Positions 32,626 through 42,908 of a stretch of DNA of 64,000 nucleotides are shown piece by piece. The stretch covers positions 128,506-192,505 of the forward strand of contig CAWFSE010000003.1 in NCBI GenBank assembly GCA_963818455.1, written 5' to 3'. The stretch's first letter is position 1; the number at the start of each line of letters is the position of its first letter. The notes beneath the pieces were generated by a model. The model saw only the letters and a list, made by a program, of their open reading frames with translations, had not been told where the DNA came from and searched no databases. Both the position numbers and the translations under genes were made by a program. The DNA comes from an uncultured Actinomycetota bacterium. GTDB taxonomy: Bacteria; Actinomycetota; Actinomycetes; CAVWCF01.

Positions 32626-33066
32626 GTGGAGGAGCTCGATCGGCGCATCGTCGCCCTGCTGATGCGCGACGGGCGGATGTCGTACACCGACCTCGGCAAG
32701 GCCACCGGGCTGTCCACCTCGGCCGTGCACCAGCGGGTGCGCCGCCTGGAGGAGCGCGGGGTGATCACCGGCTACGCCGCGCAGACCGACGCCGAGAGCC
32801 TCGGGCTGCCCCTCACGGCCTTCGTGTCGATCAAGCCGATCGACGCGTCCGCGCCCGATGACGCCCCGGAGCGGCTGGCCCCGCTCACCGCGATCGAGGC
32901 GTGCCACTCGGTCGCGGGCGACGAGTCGTACATCCTCAAGGTGCGGGTCGCGTCTCCGGCCGAGCTGGAGACCCTGCTCTCCGAGATCCGTGCGACGGCC
33001 AACGTCTCCACCCGCACCACGGTCGTGCTGTCGACCCCGTACGAGGACCGCCCCGCCCCGCTGTAG
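32626..33066 (+). CDS. Lrp/AsnC-family transcriptional regulator.
   Basis: Intact 146 aa. HTH (LDRRIVALLMRDGRMSYTDLGKATGLSTSAVHQRVRRLEERGVI) plus a RAM/ligand domain. Confidence 0.9.
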   Translation: MEELDRRIVALLMRDGRMSYTDLGKATGLSTSAVHQRVRRLEERGVITGYAAQTDAESLGLPLTAFVSIKPIDASAPDDAPERLAPLTAIEACHSVAGDESYILKVRVASPAELETLLSEIRATANVSTRTTVVLSTPYEDRPAPL

Positions 33067-33077
33067 ACGCCTGCTGG

Positions 33078-34529
33078 CTACGCCGAGGTCACCACGTGCT
33101 CGCGCCACCACGCCTGGCCCTCGGCCGGCAGGCTGTGGATCGGGTCGTAGTACTCGTAGCGGCGGGTGAGCGCCTTGGGGTCGTCGGCCTCGATCCCGGT
33201 CCGGTAGTTCTTCGTCCAGTACGAGATGCCGAGCAGCTCGTCGTACTCGGAGACCTGGTGCACCCAGCGCTTGCCGACGAACGGGACGTCGCACACGATC
33301 CGCGGGGTCGCGAAGCCGGGCAGCCAGCCCATGATCCCGTGCTGCAGGCGCTGGGCCTCGCGCAGCGACACCCGCCAGTGCTCGCTCGCCGGGATCATGT
33401 CGCACATGTAGAGGTAGTACGGCGTGATGGAGGCGCCGTCCATCAGGGCGAACGACAGGTCGAGGAGCGCCTCGACCTCGGCGTTGACCCCGCGCATCAA
33501 GACGCCCTGGTTGCGCACATCGCGCACCCCGGCGGCGAGCAGGGCGCGCGAGGCCTCGGCCACGAGCGGCGTGACGGACTGCGCGGCGTTGACGTGCGTG
33601 TGGACGGCGAGTCCGACGCCGCGCGCTCGGGCTGTGGCGGCGACCCGGGCCATCCCCTCGACGACCTCGTCCTGCAGCCAGTGCTGGGGCAGGCCCATCA
33701 GGGCCTTGGTGGCCAGCCGAATGTCGCGGACATGCTCCAACTCGAGCAGCGAGGTGATGAAGGACTCGAGCCGCGCCCAAGGCAGGTTGGCCACGTCGCC
33801 GCCCGACACCACCACATCGCGCACACCGGGGGAGCGGCGCAGGTAGTCGACCATCGCCTCGAAGCGGTCCTGCGGCTTGAGCACCAGCTTGAGCTTGTCG
33901 ACCTGGGGGGTCGAGTTGCCGACCAGGTCCATGCGCGTGCAGTGGCCGCAGTACTGCGGGCAGGTGGAGAGCAGCTCGGCGAGCACCTTGGTGGGGTAGC
34001 GGTGGGTGAGCCCCTCGGCGACCCACATGTCGTGCTCGTGCAGCGAGTCGCGGCTGGAGTGCGGGTGGCTGGGCCAGCCGGCGTCCCGGTCGGAGTAGAC
34101 GGGCAGCATGTAGCAGCGGACCGGGTCGGCGCGGAAGGCCGCGGTGAACTCGGCCGTCGAGGGCTCGCCGCCGTCGTGCGAGGCGGGGGCCATCGTGTTG
34201 AGCATCTGCGGCGGCACGAGCATGCTCATCGTGGCCCGCTCGCGCTGATCGCGCTCGAGGTCGTCGTAGAAGGCGTCGTCCAGCAGGCCGCCCATCAGGT
34301 CGCGCAGCTGCTTGCTGGTCTTGATGCAGTGGGCCCGCTGCCACTGCGCCGAGCGCCACTCCTCGGCCGTGACGTCGGCCCAGCCGGGCAGCCGCCGCCA
34401 GTCCGGCTCGGCGAGCGGCCGCGCGATGTAGTCGTACGGCTGGCCGGCGGCCCGGGCGGACCGCAGGTGCGGGCTGGACGGGACGTGGGCGACGGCCACG
34501 GCGGCCTCCTCGGCGCGGGACAGGTGCAT
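33078..34529 (-). CDS. kamA: KamA-family radical SAM aminomutase (lysine 2,3-aminomutase-like).
   Basis: Intact. ATG at 34529 (MHLSRAEEAA..). Radical-SAM CPQYCGHCTRMDLVG (CxxxCxxC), VVVSGGDVANLP and PYYLYMCDMIPASEHWR. Confidence 0.85.
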   Translation of the reverse strand: MHLSRAEEAAVAVAHVPSSPHLRSARAAGQPYDYIARPLAEPDWRRLPGWADVTAEEWRSAQWQRAHCIKTSKQLRDLMGGLLDDAFYDDLERDQRERATMSMLVPPQMLNTMAPASHDGGEPSTAEFTAAFRADPVRCYMLPVYSDRDAGWPSHPHSSRDSLHEHDMWVAEGLTHRYPTKVLAELLSTCPQYCGHCTRMDLVGNSTPQVDKLKLVLKPQDRFEAMVDYLRRSPGVRDVVVSGGDVANLPWARLESFITSLLELEHVRDIRLATKALMGLPQHWLQDEVVEGMARVAATARARGVGLAVHTHVNAAQSVTPLVAEASRALLAAGVRDVRNQGVLMRGVNAEVEALLDLSFALMDGASITPYYLYMCDMIPASEHWRVSLREAQRLQHGIMGWLPGFATPRIVCDVPFVGKRWVHQVSEYDELLGISYWTKNYRTGIEADDPKALTRRYEYYDPIHSLPAEGQAWWREHVVTSA

Positions 34530-34621
34530 CACCGGAGGATACGGCAGGACTTGCGGCTCGCGCACGGATTGACGGGAGGATTTCCGGTGCGTGGCGGATT
34601 TCGCCCCAAGGACTTCGGCCC

Positions 34622-34635
34622 GGATGCTGGCATCC
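34622..34635. promoter_or_regulatory. Palindrome GGATGC-TG-GCATCC in the kamA/kdd divergent intergenic region, a candidate operator.
   Basis: Read directly at 34622-34635, about 28 nt upstream of the kdd GTG. Nearby are GGATTTC direct repeats (34578-34584, 34596-34602) and GGATTGA (34566-34572). Confidence 0.3.
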
Positions 34636-34662
34636 GCGCCGGGATCTTGGAAGGATGGCCCC

Positions 34663-35721
34663 GTGCGCCCCACGTCTCCCATCGGCCTGCACCGCGTCGT
34701 CGACCCGCCAGGAGTGCTGCCGCAGGCGGCCCGCGTGCTCGACCCGGACCCGGCGGTCGGCGCCGACGAGGTGCGGGTCCGCGTCGAGGCCCTCAACCTC
34801 GACGCCGCGTCCTACCGCCAGCTCGAGCAGGCCCACGGAGGCGACGGGGCGGCCGTCCGCGCCGCGGTCCTGGCCATCGTCGCCGAGCGCGGCAAGATGC
34901 AGAACCCGGTGACCGGATCCGGCGGCATGCTCGTGGGGGTCGTCGACGAGGTCGGGCCGGAGTCCCCGCTGGGGCTGCGCCCGGGTGACCGGATCGCCTC
35001 GCTCGTCTCGCTGTCCCTGACGCCCCTGCGGATCGAGGACGGGCTGTCCCGCTGGGACGGGCGCAGCGAGCGGGTGCCGTGCGACGGCACCGCGATCCTG
35101 TTCGGCCGCTCGATCGCGGCGGTGCTTCCCGACGACCTGCCGGCCGACCTCGCGATGAGCGTCTTCGACGTCTGCGGGGCCCCCGCCCTCGTCGCCCGCG
35201 TGGTGGCCGACCGGATCGGACGCGGCCTGCCCACCGTGGTCGCGGTGATCGGCGGCGCGGGCAAGAGCGGCTCGCTGGCCCTGGCGGCCGCCCGCGCGAC
35301 CGGGGCGACCCGCACGATCGGCGTCGTCCCCATCGAGGCGGAGGCCGTGAGCCTCCGAGGCGCCGACCTGGCCGACGCGGTCGCGCTGGCCGACGCGCGC
35401 GACCCGGTCGCCCTGGCCGACGCGGTGGCGTCAGCCGGGGGGCCGGCCGACATCACGGTCGTGTGCGTCGACGTCCCCGGCTGCGAGCACGGGGCGATCC
35501 TGGCCACCGCCGAGGGCGGCGTCGTCATCTTCTTCTCGATGGCCACCTCCTTCACCGCGGCCGCGCTCGGTGCGGAGGGGCTCGCCGCCGACGTCACGAT
35601 GCTCGTCGGCAACGGCTACGTCCCCGGCCACGCGGCGTACGCCCTGGACGTGCTGCGCGGGAGCCCAGGCGCACGCCGGCTGTTCGAGGCGCGGCTGGCG
35701 CGCGAGGAGACGCGGCCGTGA
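34663..35721 (+). CDS. kdd: L-erythro-3,5-diaminohexanoate dehydrogenase.
   Basis: GTG 34663 has GGAAGGA 8 nt upstream. It closely matches remembered Kdd blocks: RVVDPPGVLPQAA, LNLDAASYRQL, ERGKMQNPVTGSGGMLVG and LVSLSLTPLRI. Confidence 0.8.
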   Translation: MRPTSPIGLHRVVDPPGVLPQAARVLDPDPAVGADEVRVRVEALNLDAASYRQLEQAHGGDGAAVRAAVLAIVAERGKMQNPVTGSGGMLVGVVDEVGPESPLGLRPGDRIASLVSLSLTPLRIEDGLSRWDGRSERVPCDGTAILFGRSIAAVLPDDLPADLAMSVFDVCGAPALVARVVADRIGRGLPTVVAVIGGAGKSGSLALAAARATGATRTIGVVPIEAEAVSLRGADLADAVALADARDPVALADAVASAGGPADITVVCVDVPGCEHGAILATAEGGVVIFFSMATSFTAAALGAEGLAADVTMLVGNGYVPGHAAYALDVLRGSPGARRLFEARLAREETRP

Positions 35722-37335
35722 CCCGCGTGCTGCTGCGCGGGGGGCAGGTCCACACCCCTGCCGACCCGGCGGCGACCGCCCTGCTGGTCGACGGCGACAC
35801 GGTGGCCTGGACCGGCTCCGACAGCGCCGCGGCGGACATCGCCGCCGCGGGCGGGGCCGACCTGCAGGTCGTCGACCTGGAGGGCGCCCTGGTGACGCCC
35901 GCCTTCGTCGACGCCCACGTCCACGCGACCAGCACCGGCATCGCGCTGGAGGGGCTCGACCTCACCGGGTGCCCCTCACTGCGCCGAGGCGCTGGACCGG
36001 CTCGAGCAGCACGCCCGCCTCCTGCGCGGCGGGGTGATCCTGGGCCACGGCTGGGATGAGACCGCGGTGGCCGGAGGGCCGCCCGCCGACGCGCCAGGAG
36101 GTCGACCGCGCGTCGTACGGCGGGGTCGTCTACCTGACCCGGATCGACGTGCACTCCGCGGTCGCCTCGTCGGCCCTGCTGGCGGCGGCGCCCGACCTGC
36201 AAGGGACTGCGTCGGGTACGACCCCGACGGGGTGCTCAGCCGCGAGGCGCACCATGCCGCCCGGGCGGTGGCCCTGGAGGCGATCACCGCCGGGCAGCGG
36301 CGCGACGCCCAGCGCGCCACGCTGCGGCGGGCGGCCGCGCTGGGCATCGGCGCGCTGCACGAGATCGGCGGGCCGGAGATCTCCTCAGAGGACGACTTCC
36401 GCTCGATGCTGGCCCTGGCCGCCGAGGGCGGCGGGCCGGACGTCATCGGCTACTGGGGCGAGCTCGGCGGCATCGACAAGGCCCGCGAGCTCGGCGCGCT
36501 CGGCGCCGCCGGAGACCTGTTCGCCGACGGGGCGCTCGGCTCGCACACCGCGTGCCTGCGCACCGTCTACGCCGACGACTCGCACACCGGGGTCGGCTAC
36601 CTCACGGCGGCCCAGGTCCGCGACCACGTCGTCGCGTGCACCCAGGCCGGGCTGCAGGGCGGCTTCCACGTCATCGGCGACGGGGCGATGGACGCGGTGC
36701 TCGCCGGGCTGCAGGAGGCCGCCGAGCGGGTGGGGGTCGACGCGCTGCGAGCGGCCCGGCATCGGCTTGAGCACGTCGAGATGATCGACGCCGACGGCAT
36801 CGCCGTGCTCGCCCGCCTCGGCGTCTTCGCCAGCGTCCAGCCCGTCTTCGACGCGCTCTGGGGCGGCGAGGACGGCATGTACGTGCAGCGGCTGGGGGCC
36901 GAGCGGGCCCGCGGGATGAACCCGTTCGCGGCGTTCCTCTCCGCCGGCGTCCCGATCGCCCTCGGCAGCGACTCACCGGTCACCCCGCTCGGCCCCTGGG
37001 CCGCCGTGCGCGCGGCCGCCTACCACCAGACCCCCGAGTCGCGGCTGTCGGTGCGCGCCGCCTTCGCCGCGCACACCCGCGGCGGCTGGCGGGCCGCCGG
37101 GCGCGATGACGCGGGGCTCCTGGTGCCGGGCGCCCCGGCGACGTACGCGCTGTGGGAGGCGGGCGACCTCGTCGTCCGCGCCCCTGACGAGCGCGTCCGC
37201 GCCTGGTCGACCGACCCGCGCAGCCGGGTCCCCGGCCTGCCCGACGTCGCGCCGGGGCTGGCCCTGCCGCGCTGCCTGCGCACCGTGGTGCGCGGGACCA
37301 CCGTGTACGACACCGACGAGGTGGAGGCCGCATGA
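35718..37335 (+). pseudogene. Amidohydrolase-3 (YtcJ-like metal-dependent hydrolase). Three frameshifts as assembled.
   Basis: GTG 35718 overlaps the kdd stop. AFVDAHVHATSTG (HxH), ..GALGSHTACL.., GFHVIGDGAMD, HRLEHVEMI and ALGSDSPVTPL. Switches lie near 35980, 36070 and 36205. Confidence 0.8.
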
Positions 37336-38907
37336 GCGCCCGGAGGCCGCACGGCCTGCTCGACCTGGACCCGCGGGCCGTCCGCCACGCCCGGACGCTG
37401 GCGCGCAAGGCGGGCGCCCCTGTCGTGCGGCTGTCCCGGACCCATACGACCGTCTCGGTCGAGCGGGCCGTCCTGCGCCTCGCCGGGCTGCAGGGCGCCG
37501 ACCTCGAGGGCATCCCGTGGGCCAACCGGCTCGTCGATGTGGTGCGCGAGCAGGTCGGCCTGGAGCACGGCGTCGCCCTGCCGGTCTGGGACGCGCTGGC
37601 GCGATCCGGCCAGCCCGACGTGCTGGCCGTCGCGCAGCAGGCGGCGACCGGAGCCCTGACCTTCGCCGTCCCCGAGGGACGCGACGCGGCGCGGGCCCGG
37701 CGGCTTGCCCGGGCGGCGGCGGCACGGGGGATCGCGCAGATCGACCGCAACCGCCGCCAGCGGGAGCGCCTGGTCCGCCGCTACGGCGATCCGCCCAAGC
37801 CGTGGATCTACCTGATCGTCGCCACCGGGGACATCCGCGAGGACATCCCGCAGGCGCAGGCCGCCGCCCGCGAGGGCGCCGACGTGATCGCGGTGATCCG
37901 CTCCACCGGGCAGTCGCTGCTCGACTACGTCCCCGAGGGCGAGACCCACGAGGGCTACGCCGGCACGTACGCGACGCAGGAGAACTTCCGGCTGATGCGC
38001 GCGGCCCTCGACGACGTCAGCCGCGAGCTCGGCCGCTACATCCGGCTGACCAACTACGCCTCCGGCCTGTGCATGCCGGAGATCGCCACCCTGGCCGGCC
38101 TCGAGCGGCTCGACATGATGCTCAACGACTCGATGTACGGGATCCTCTTCCGCGACATCAACCCGATCCGCACCTTCGTCGACCAGCGGTTCAGCCGGCA
38201 GATCCACGCCCGCGCCGGGATCATCATCAACACCGGCGAGGACAACTACCTCACCACCGACGACGCGGTCGACGCCGCGCACACGGTCACGGTCTCCCAG
38301 CTGCTCAACGAGTACTTCGCCAAGGAGGCCGGGCTCACCGACGACCTGATCGGGCTCGGGCACGCCTTCGAGATCGACCCGGCCCGGCCCGACTCGTTCC
38401 GGCTGGAGCTGGCGCATGCGCTGCTGGCGCGCGAGCTGTTCCCGGACGCCCCGCTCAAGTGGATGCCGCCCACCCGGCACATGACCGGGGACATCTTCGG
38501 CGGCTACCTGCTCGACGGGTTCTTCAACCTGGCCGGGGCGCTGACCGGCCAGGGGATCCTGCTGGTCGGGATGATGACCGAGGCCGTGCACACCCCGTGG
38601 CTGTCCGACCGCGACCTGGCCCTGCAGAACGTCCGCTACGTGCTCAACGCGGCCGGCGGGCTGCGCGAGGACTTCCGGCCGGCCCCCGACGGCCTCATCG
38701 TGCGGCGCGCCCACCAGGTGCTCGGACGAGGCGGTCGCGCTGCTCCAGGCGATCGTCGACGACCACTCGCTGCTGGAGGCGATCGCCGACGGCACCTTCG
38801 GGCTGATGAAGCGCCCGCCCGGCGGGGGCCGCGGCCTCGACGGCGTGGTCAAGCACGGCTCGGAGTACTACAACCCCGCGTCTGAGCTGCTGGAGGAGGG
38901 CGCATGA
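37332..38907 (+). pseudogene. kamD: Lysine 5,6-aminomutase alpha subunit. One frameshift near the 3' end.
   Basis: 517-aa ORF (..TGDIREDIPQAQAAAREGADVIAVIRSTGQSLLDYVPEG..). The natural end ..EAIADGTFGLMKRPPGGGRGLDGVVKHGSEYYNPASELLEEGA* is reached after a switch near 38722-38726. The TGA overlaps the kamE ATG. Confidence 0.8.
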
Positions 38908-39699
38908 CCGGCTCGCGCCGACCCCCGGAGAAGCGGCTGTTCCGCCCGTACGGCGACACGACCGGCGACGGGGCGGTCCAGGTGTCGTTCACCCTGCCGC
39001 TCCCGCACGACAAGCGCGCCGAGGGCGCCGCGCTGCAGCTGGCCCGCAAGATGGGCCTCGACCCGGCGCTCGTCGCCCACGCCAAGCCGATCGGCGCCGA
39101 CTACACGTTCTTCGTCGTGTACGGCCGGTGCTCGCACCTCGTCGACCCGACGCTCGTCGAGGTCGTGGAGCGCGAGTACCCGCTGCTGACCCCCAAGGAG
39201 GTCAACCAGGCGATCAAGTCCGGCCTGCGCCGCCGACTCGTGGTCGTGGGCGCGTGCATCGGCTCCGACGCCCACACCGTGGGGATCGACGCGATCCTCA
39301 ACGTCAAGGGCTGGGCGGGGGAGAAGGGCCTGGAGTACTACCGCGAGATCAAGGTGGTCAACCTCGGGGCGCAGGTGTCGATCCCCGACCTCGTCGCGCA
39401 GGCGCGGGCCGAGCACGCCGACGCGGTGCTGGTCTCGCAGGTCGTCACCATGCGCGACTCCCACCTGACCAACACCCGCGAGATGTCGGCGGCCTTCCGC
39501 GAGGCGTTCCCGGCCTCCCGGCGGCCGCTGCTCATCGTGGGCGGGCCGCGCTTCGACGAGTCCGCGGCGGCCGATCTCGGGGTGGACCGCGTCTTCACCA
39601 AGGGCGCCACCCCGGGGGTGGTGGCCTCGTACCTCACCCACGCCCTCGTCACCAGCAGGCGCCCCGCCCGCCTGCGCCTCCGAAGGAGCCACCCCATGA
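38904..39699 (+). pseudogene. kamE: Lysine 5,6-aminomutase beta subunit (B12-binding). The stop is lost from the assembled frame.
   Basis: RPYGDTTGDGAVQVSFTLP. B12 motif GSDAHTVGID (DxHxxG). The assembled frame reads through into the hotdog gene. In the +1 frame a TGA at 39697-39699 overlaps ATG 39696. Confidence 0.8.
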
Positions 39700-40085
39700 G
39701 CAGCCCCGTCGGCACCCGCGTCGTCCACCGCTGCTACGTCTCGCACAGCCACGCGCACTACGGCGGGGCGCTGGTCGACGGGGCGTACGTGCTCGGGCTG
39801 TTCGGCGACGCCGCCACCGAGTTGTGCATCCAGACCGACGGCGACGAGGGGCTGTTCGCCGCGTACGACCTGGTGGAGTTCCGCGCCCCCGTGCGCGCGG
39901 GCGACGTCGTCGAGGTGACGGCGGAGGTCGACCGGGCCGGGACGCGCAGCCGGGGCATCGCCTTCGAGGCGCGGGTGGTCTGCCGCGCCGACCCCGAGCG
40001 CTCGGAGTCCGCGGCGGCCGTCCTCGACCCGCCGGTCGTCGCGGTGGTCGCGCACGGAACGGTCGTGGTGCCCGCGGCCGGGTAG
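39696..40085 (+). CDS. Hotdog-fold protein resembling 3-aminobutyryl-CoA ammonia-lyase (Kal).
   Basis: It has its own SD GAAGGAG (39682-39688), 7 nt before ATG 39696. HAHYGGALVDGAYVLGLFGDAATELCIQTDGDEGLFAAYDLVEFRAPVRAGD matches remembered Kal sequences. Confidence 0.65.
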   Translation: MSSPVGTRVVHRCYVSHSHAHYGGALVDGAYVLGLFGDAATELCIQTDGDEGLFAAYDLVEFRAPVRAGDVVEVTAEVDRAGTRSRGIAFEARVVCRADPERSESAAAVLDPPVVAVVAHGTVVVPAAG

Positions 40086-40096
40086 CGTCCCGTCGC

Positions 40097-41607
40097 ATGC
40101 CGTCTGCCCCGACCCTTGCTCGCGCGGCGGCGGCGCTGGGGCTCGGGGCCGCGCTCGGGTTGGCGTTCCCGCCGTACGGCTGGTGGCCCCTCGCCCTCGC
40201 GTGCCTGGCGGGCTGGCCGGCCTGTGGTGGAGCGTCCCCCCGCGCCGCGCCCTCTGGCTTGGCGGGCTGTCGGGGTTCGCGTTCTTCCTCGTCGTCCTGG
40301 TGTGGATGCGGGCGATCGGCTCGGACGCCTGGATCCTGTTGGCGGCGCTTGCAGGCGGCGTACGTGGCGGGCTGCGCGGCGCTGGTCTCCCTCACCCGGG
40401 CCCTGGGCTGGCGCTGGCTCGCCTTCGCGGGGCTCTGGCTGCTCCAGGAGTGGGTCCGGGCGCGGATCCCCTGGGGCGGCCTGGCCTGGGCCCGGCTGGC
40501 CTTCGCCTCACCCGATGCGCCGCCCGCCGGACTCGCCGCCTGGGGCGGTGCGCCGCTCGTCTCGTTCGCCTGGGCGCTCGCGGGGGCGCTGCTCGCCGAG
40601 GCCGCCCTGCGGGTCCGCGAGGCGCCCCGCCGGGCCATTGCCGCGGCCGCCGCCGCCGATCGCGGTGCTCAGCCTGGGACTGGTGGTCCCGCGCGCCGCG
40701 GACGGCCCGGAGACCGCCACCGTGGGGGTGGTTCAAGGCAGCGTCCCGCGGATCGGCATCGGCTTCCTCGGCGAGCGCGAGCAGGTGCTCCGCAACCACC
40801 TGCGCGAGCTCGGCGAGCTCACCGCGGAGGTCGAGGCGGGGCGCGCTGCCGCAACCCGACTTCGTGGTGCTCCCGGAGAACGCCAGCGACGTCGACCTGA
40901 CCCGCAACCCGGCCGCCGAGGCGCTCGTCGACCGCACTGTGGCCGCCGTCGGGGTCCCGACGCTGGTGGGCTCGGTGGAGCGCACCGAGGACGAGCTGAG
41001 GGTCCGCAACACCGCGGTGGTCTGGGATCCCGAGACCGGCCCGGGGGACACCTACGTCAAGCAGCGGCTCGTGCCGTTCGGAGAGTTCATCCCGTTCCGA
41101 TCGGCGCTGTCCCGCTACACCGACCGGATCGCCCTGCAGCCACGAGACTTCGAGCCGGGCACCGATCCCGCGATCCTCACCATCGCCGACATCCCGATCG
41201 GGATCGCGATCTGCTTCGAGGTCGCGGAGGACGCGATCGTCCGCCAAGGGGTGGCCCTCGGCGGGCAGGCCATCGTCGTGCAGACCAACAACGCCACGTA
41301 CACCTTCACCGGCCAGCTCCAGCAGCAGTGGGCCATCACGCGGCTGCGCGCCATCGAGCACGGCCGCAGCGTCGCGGTCGCCGCGACCACCGGCATCACC
41401 GGCTTTGTCCGCCCCGATGGCTCGGTGGCCGCCGAGCTGGCCGAGTACGACCCGGGCCACCGGGTCGAGAGCATCGCCCTGTCGGAGGGCCTCACCCCGG
41501 CGACGCGTCTGGGAGGCTGGCCGGACCGACTGCTGGTGCTGATCGGTGTCGCCGCGGTGGCCGCGGCCCTCCTCCAGCGCCGCGACGCGAAGGGAAGCAG
41601 GCAATGA
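40097..41607 (+). pseudogene. lnt: Apolipoprotein N-acyltransferase. About 4 frameshifts as assembled.
   Basis: The N-terminal TM region is tiled over three frames. The CN-hydrolase domain is intact (..[32 protein letters not shown]..). Switches lie near 40220, 40350, 40645 and 40850. Confidence 0.85.
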
Positions 41608-42362
41608 CGGCGGTGGACGGCACCGGGGTGCTCGTCGTCGTGCCCACGTACAACGAGTCGCTCAACCTGCTGCCCCTCCTCGACCGGATCCGGGCCGCAA
41701 CCCCGAACGCCGATGTGCTGGTGGTCGACGACGCGAGCCCAGACGGCACTGGCCAGCAGGCCGACGAGCGGTCGGCCGCCGACCCGCGCGTGCACGTGCT
41801 CCACCGCTCCGCCAAGCAGGGCCTCGGCCGCGCCTACGTCGCCGGCTTCGACTGGGGGCTGGATCGGGACTACTCGGTCTTCGTCGAGATGGACGCCGAC
41901 GGCTCGCACCAGCCCGAGCAGCTGCCCGATCTGCTTGCCGCCCTGGATCGCGACCCCGGAGCCGGACTGGCCCTGGGCTCCCGCTGGGTGCCGGGCGGCC
42001 GAGTGGTGAACTGGCCGCGTTCCCGCGAGGTCCTCTCGCGCGGGGGCAACGCCTACGTGCGGCTCTGGCTCGGGCTGCCGGTCAACGACGCCACCGGAGG
42101 GTTCCGCGCCTACCGCCGGACGGCCCTCGAGGTCATGGGCCTGGACGATGTCGACTCCCAGGGCTACTGCTTCCAGGTCGACCTCACCCAGCGGCTGCTG
42201 GCCGCGGGGCTCGGCGTCATCGAGGTGCCGATCACCTTCGTCGAGCGCGAGCGGGGCGACAGCAAGATGAGCCGGGCCATCGTGGGGGAGGCGCTCTGGC
42301 GGGTCACCGCCTGGGGGGCCGCCGAACGCTACAACCGGCTCCGCCGCCGGATCGGGAGGTGA
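41604..42362 (+). CDS. ppm1: Polyprenol-phosphate mannose synthase (GT2).
   Basis: Intact. The ATG overlaps the lnt [30 protein letters not shown] and GGFRAYRR. Confidence 0.9.
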   Translation: MTAVDGTGVLVVVPTYNESLNLLPLLDRIRAATPNADVLVVDDASPDGTGQQADERSAADPRVHVLHRSAKQGLGRAYVAGFDWGLDRDYSVFVEMDADGSHQPEQLPDLLAALDRDPGAGLALGSRWVPGGRVVNWPRSREVLSRGGNAYVRLWLGLPVNDATGGFRAYRRTALEVMGLDDVDSQGYCFQVDLTQRLLAAGLGVIEVPITFVERERGDSKMSRAIVGEALWRVTAWGAAERYNRLRRRIGR

Positions 42363-42368
42363 TCGGGG

Positions 42369-42896
42369 ATGGCCGACCCTGAGCGGCGGTTGCGCTACCG
42401 GCTGGCCCTGCGCCGGTTCCTCTGGCTGAGCGCCGTCGCCCTGCCGTTCGTCGAGTTGTTCGTGGCGATCTGGCTGGCCGGTCAGATCGGTTGGGGCTGG
42501 ACCCTCCTGCTGGCCGCGGCCCTGTCGGTGTTCGGCGCGTGGGTCCTGCGCGACACCGCGCGGCGGGCGCGCCGGGAGGCCGTGGCGCAGTCGGCGGCGC
42601 CGACTCCCGCCGCGCTGGCGCAGGCGGGCCGACTCGGGGTGCGCACGGTCGCCGGGCTGCTGCTGTTCCTCCCGGGCTTCCTGACCGGGGCGGCCGGGCT
42701 GGTGCTGCTTCTCCCCCCGGTGGCCGAGCTCGTCCGCCGGCGGACGGCCGCCACGGTGCGCGTGCGCACGACGCGATTTGGGGCGTTCCCCGGGTGGCAG
42801 GGCACGGTGGTCGCGGGAGAGGTCATCCGGGACGAGCCATGGCCCGACGATGAGCCGCCTGCCGGCCCTCCGCTGGCCCTGCCTCCGGGCGGCTGA
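42369..42896 (+). CDS. fxsA: FxsA-family membrane protein.
   Basis: Intact 175 aa. ..LPFVELFVAIWLAGQIGWGWTLLLAAALSVFGAWVLR.. is typical of FxsA. Confidence 0.75.
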   Translation: MADPERRLRYRLALRRFLWLSAVALPFVELFVAIWLAGQIGWGWTLLLAAALSVFGAWVLRDTARRARREAVAQSAAPTPAALAQAGRLGVRTVAGLLLFLPGFLTGAAGLVLLLPPVAELVRRRTAATVRVRTTRFGAFPGWQGTVVAGEVIRDEPWPDDEPPAGPPLALPPGG

Positions 42897-42908
42897 GCCG
42901 TCGCGGGC

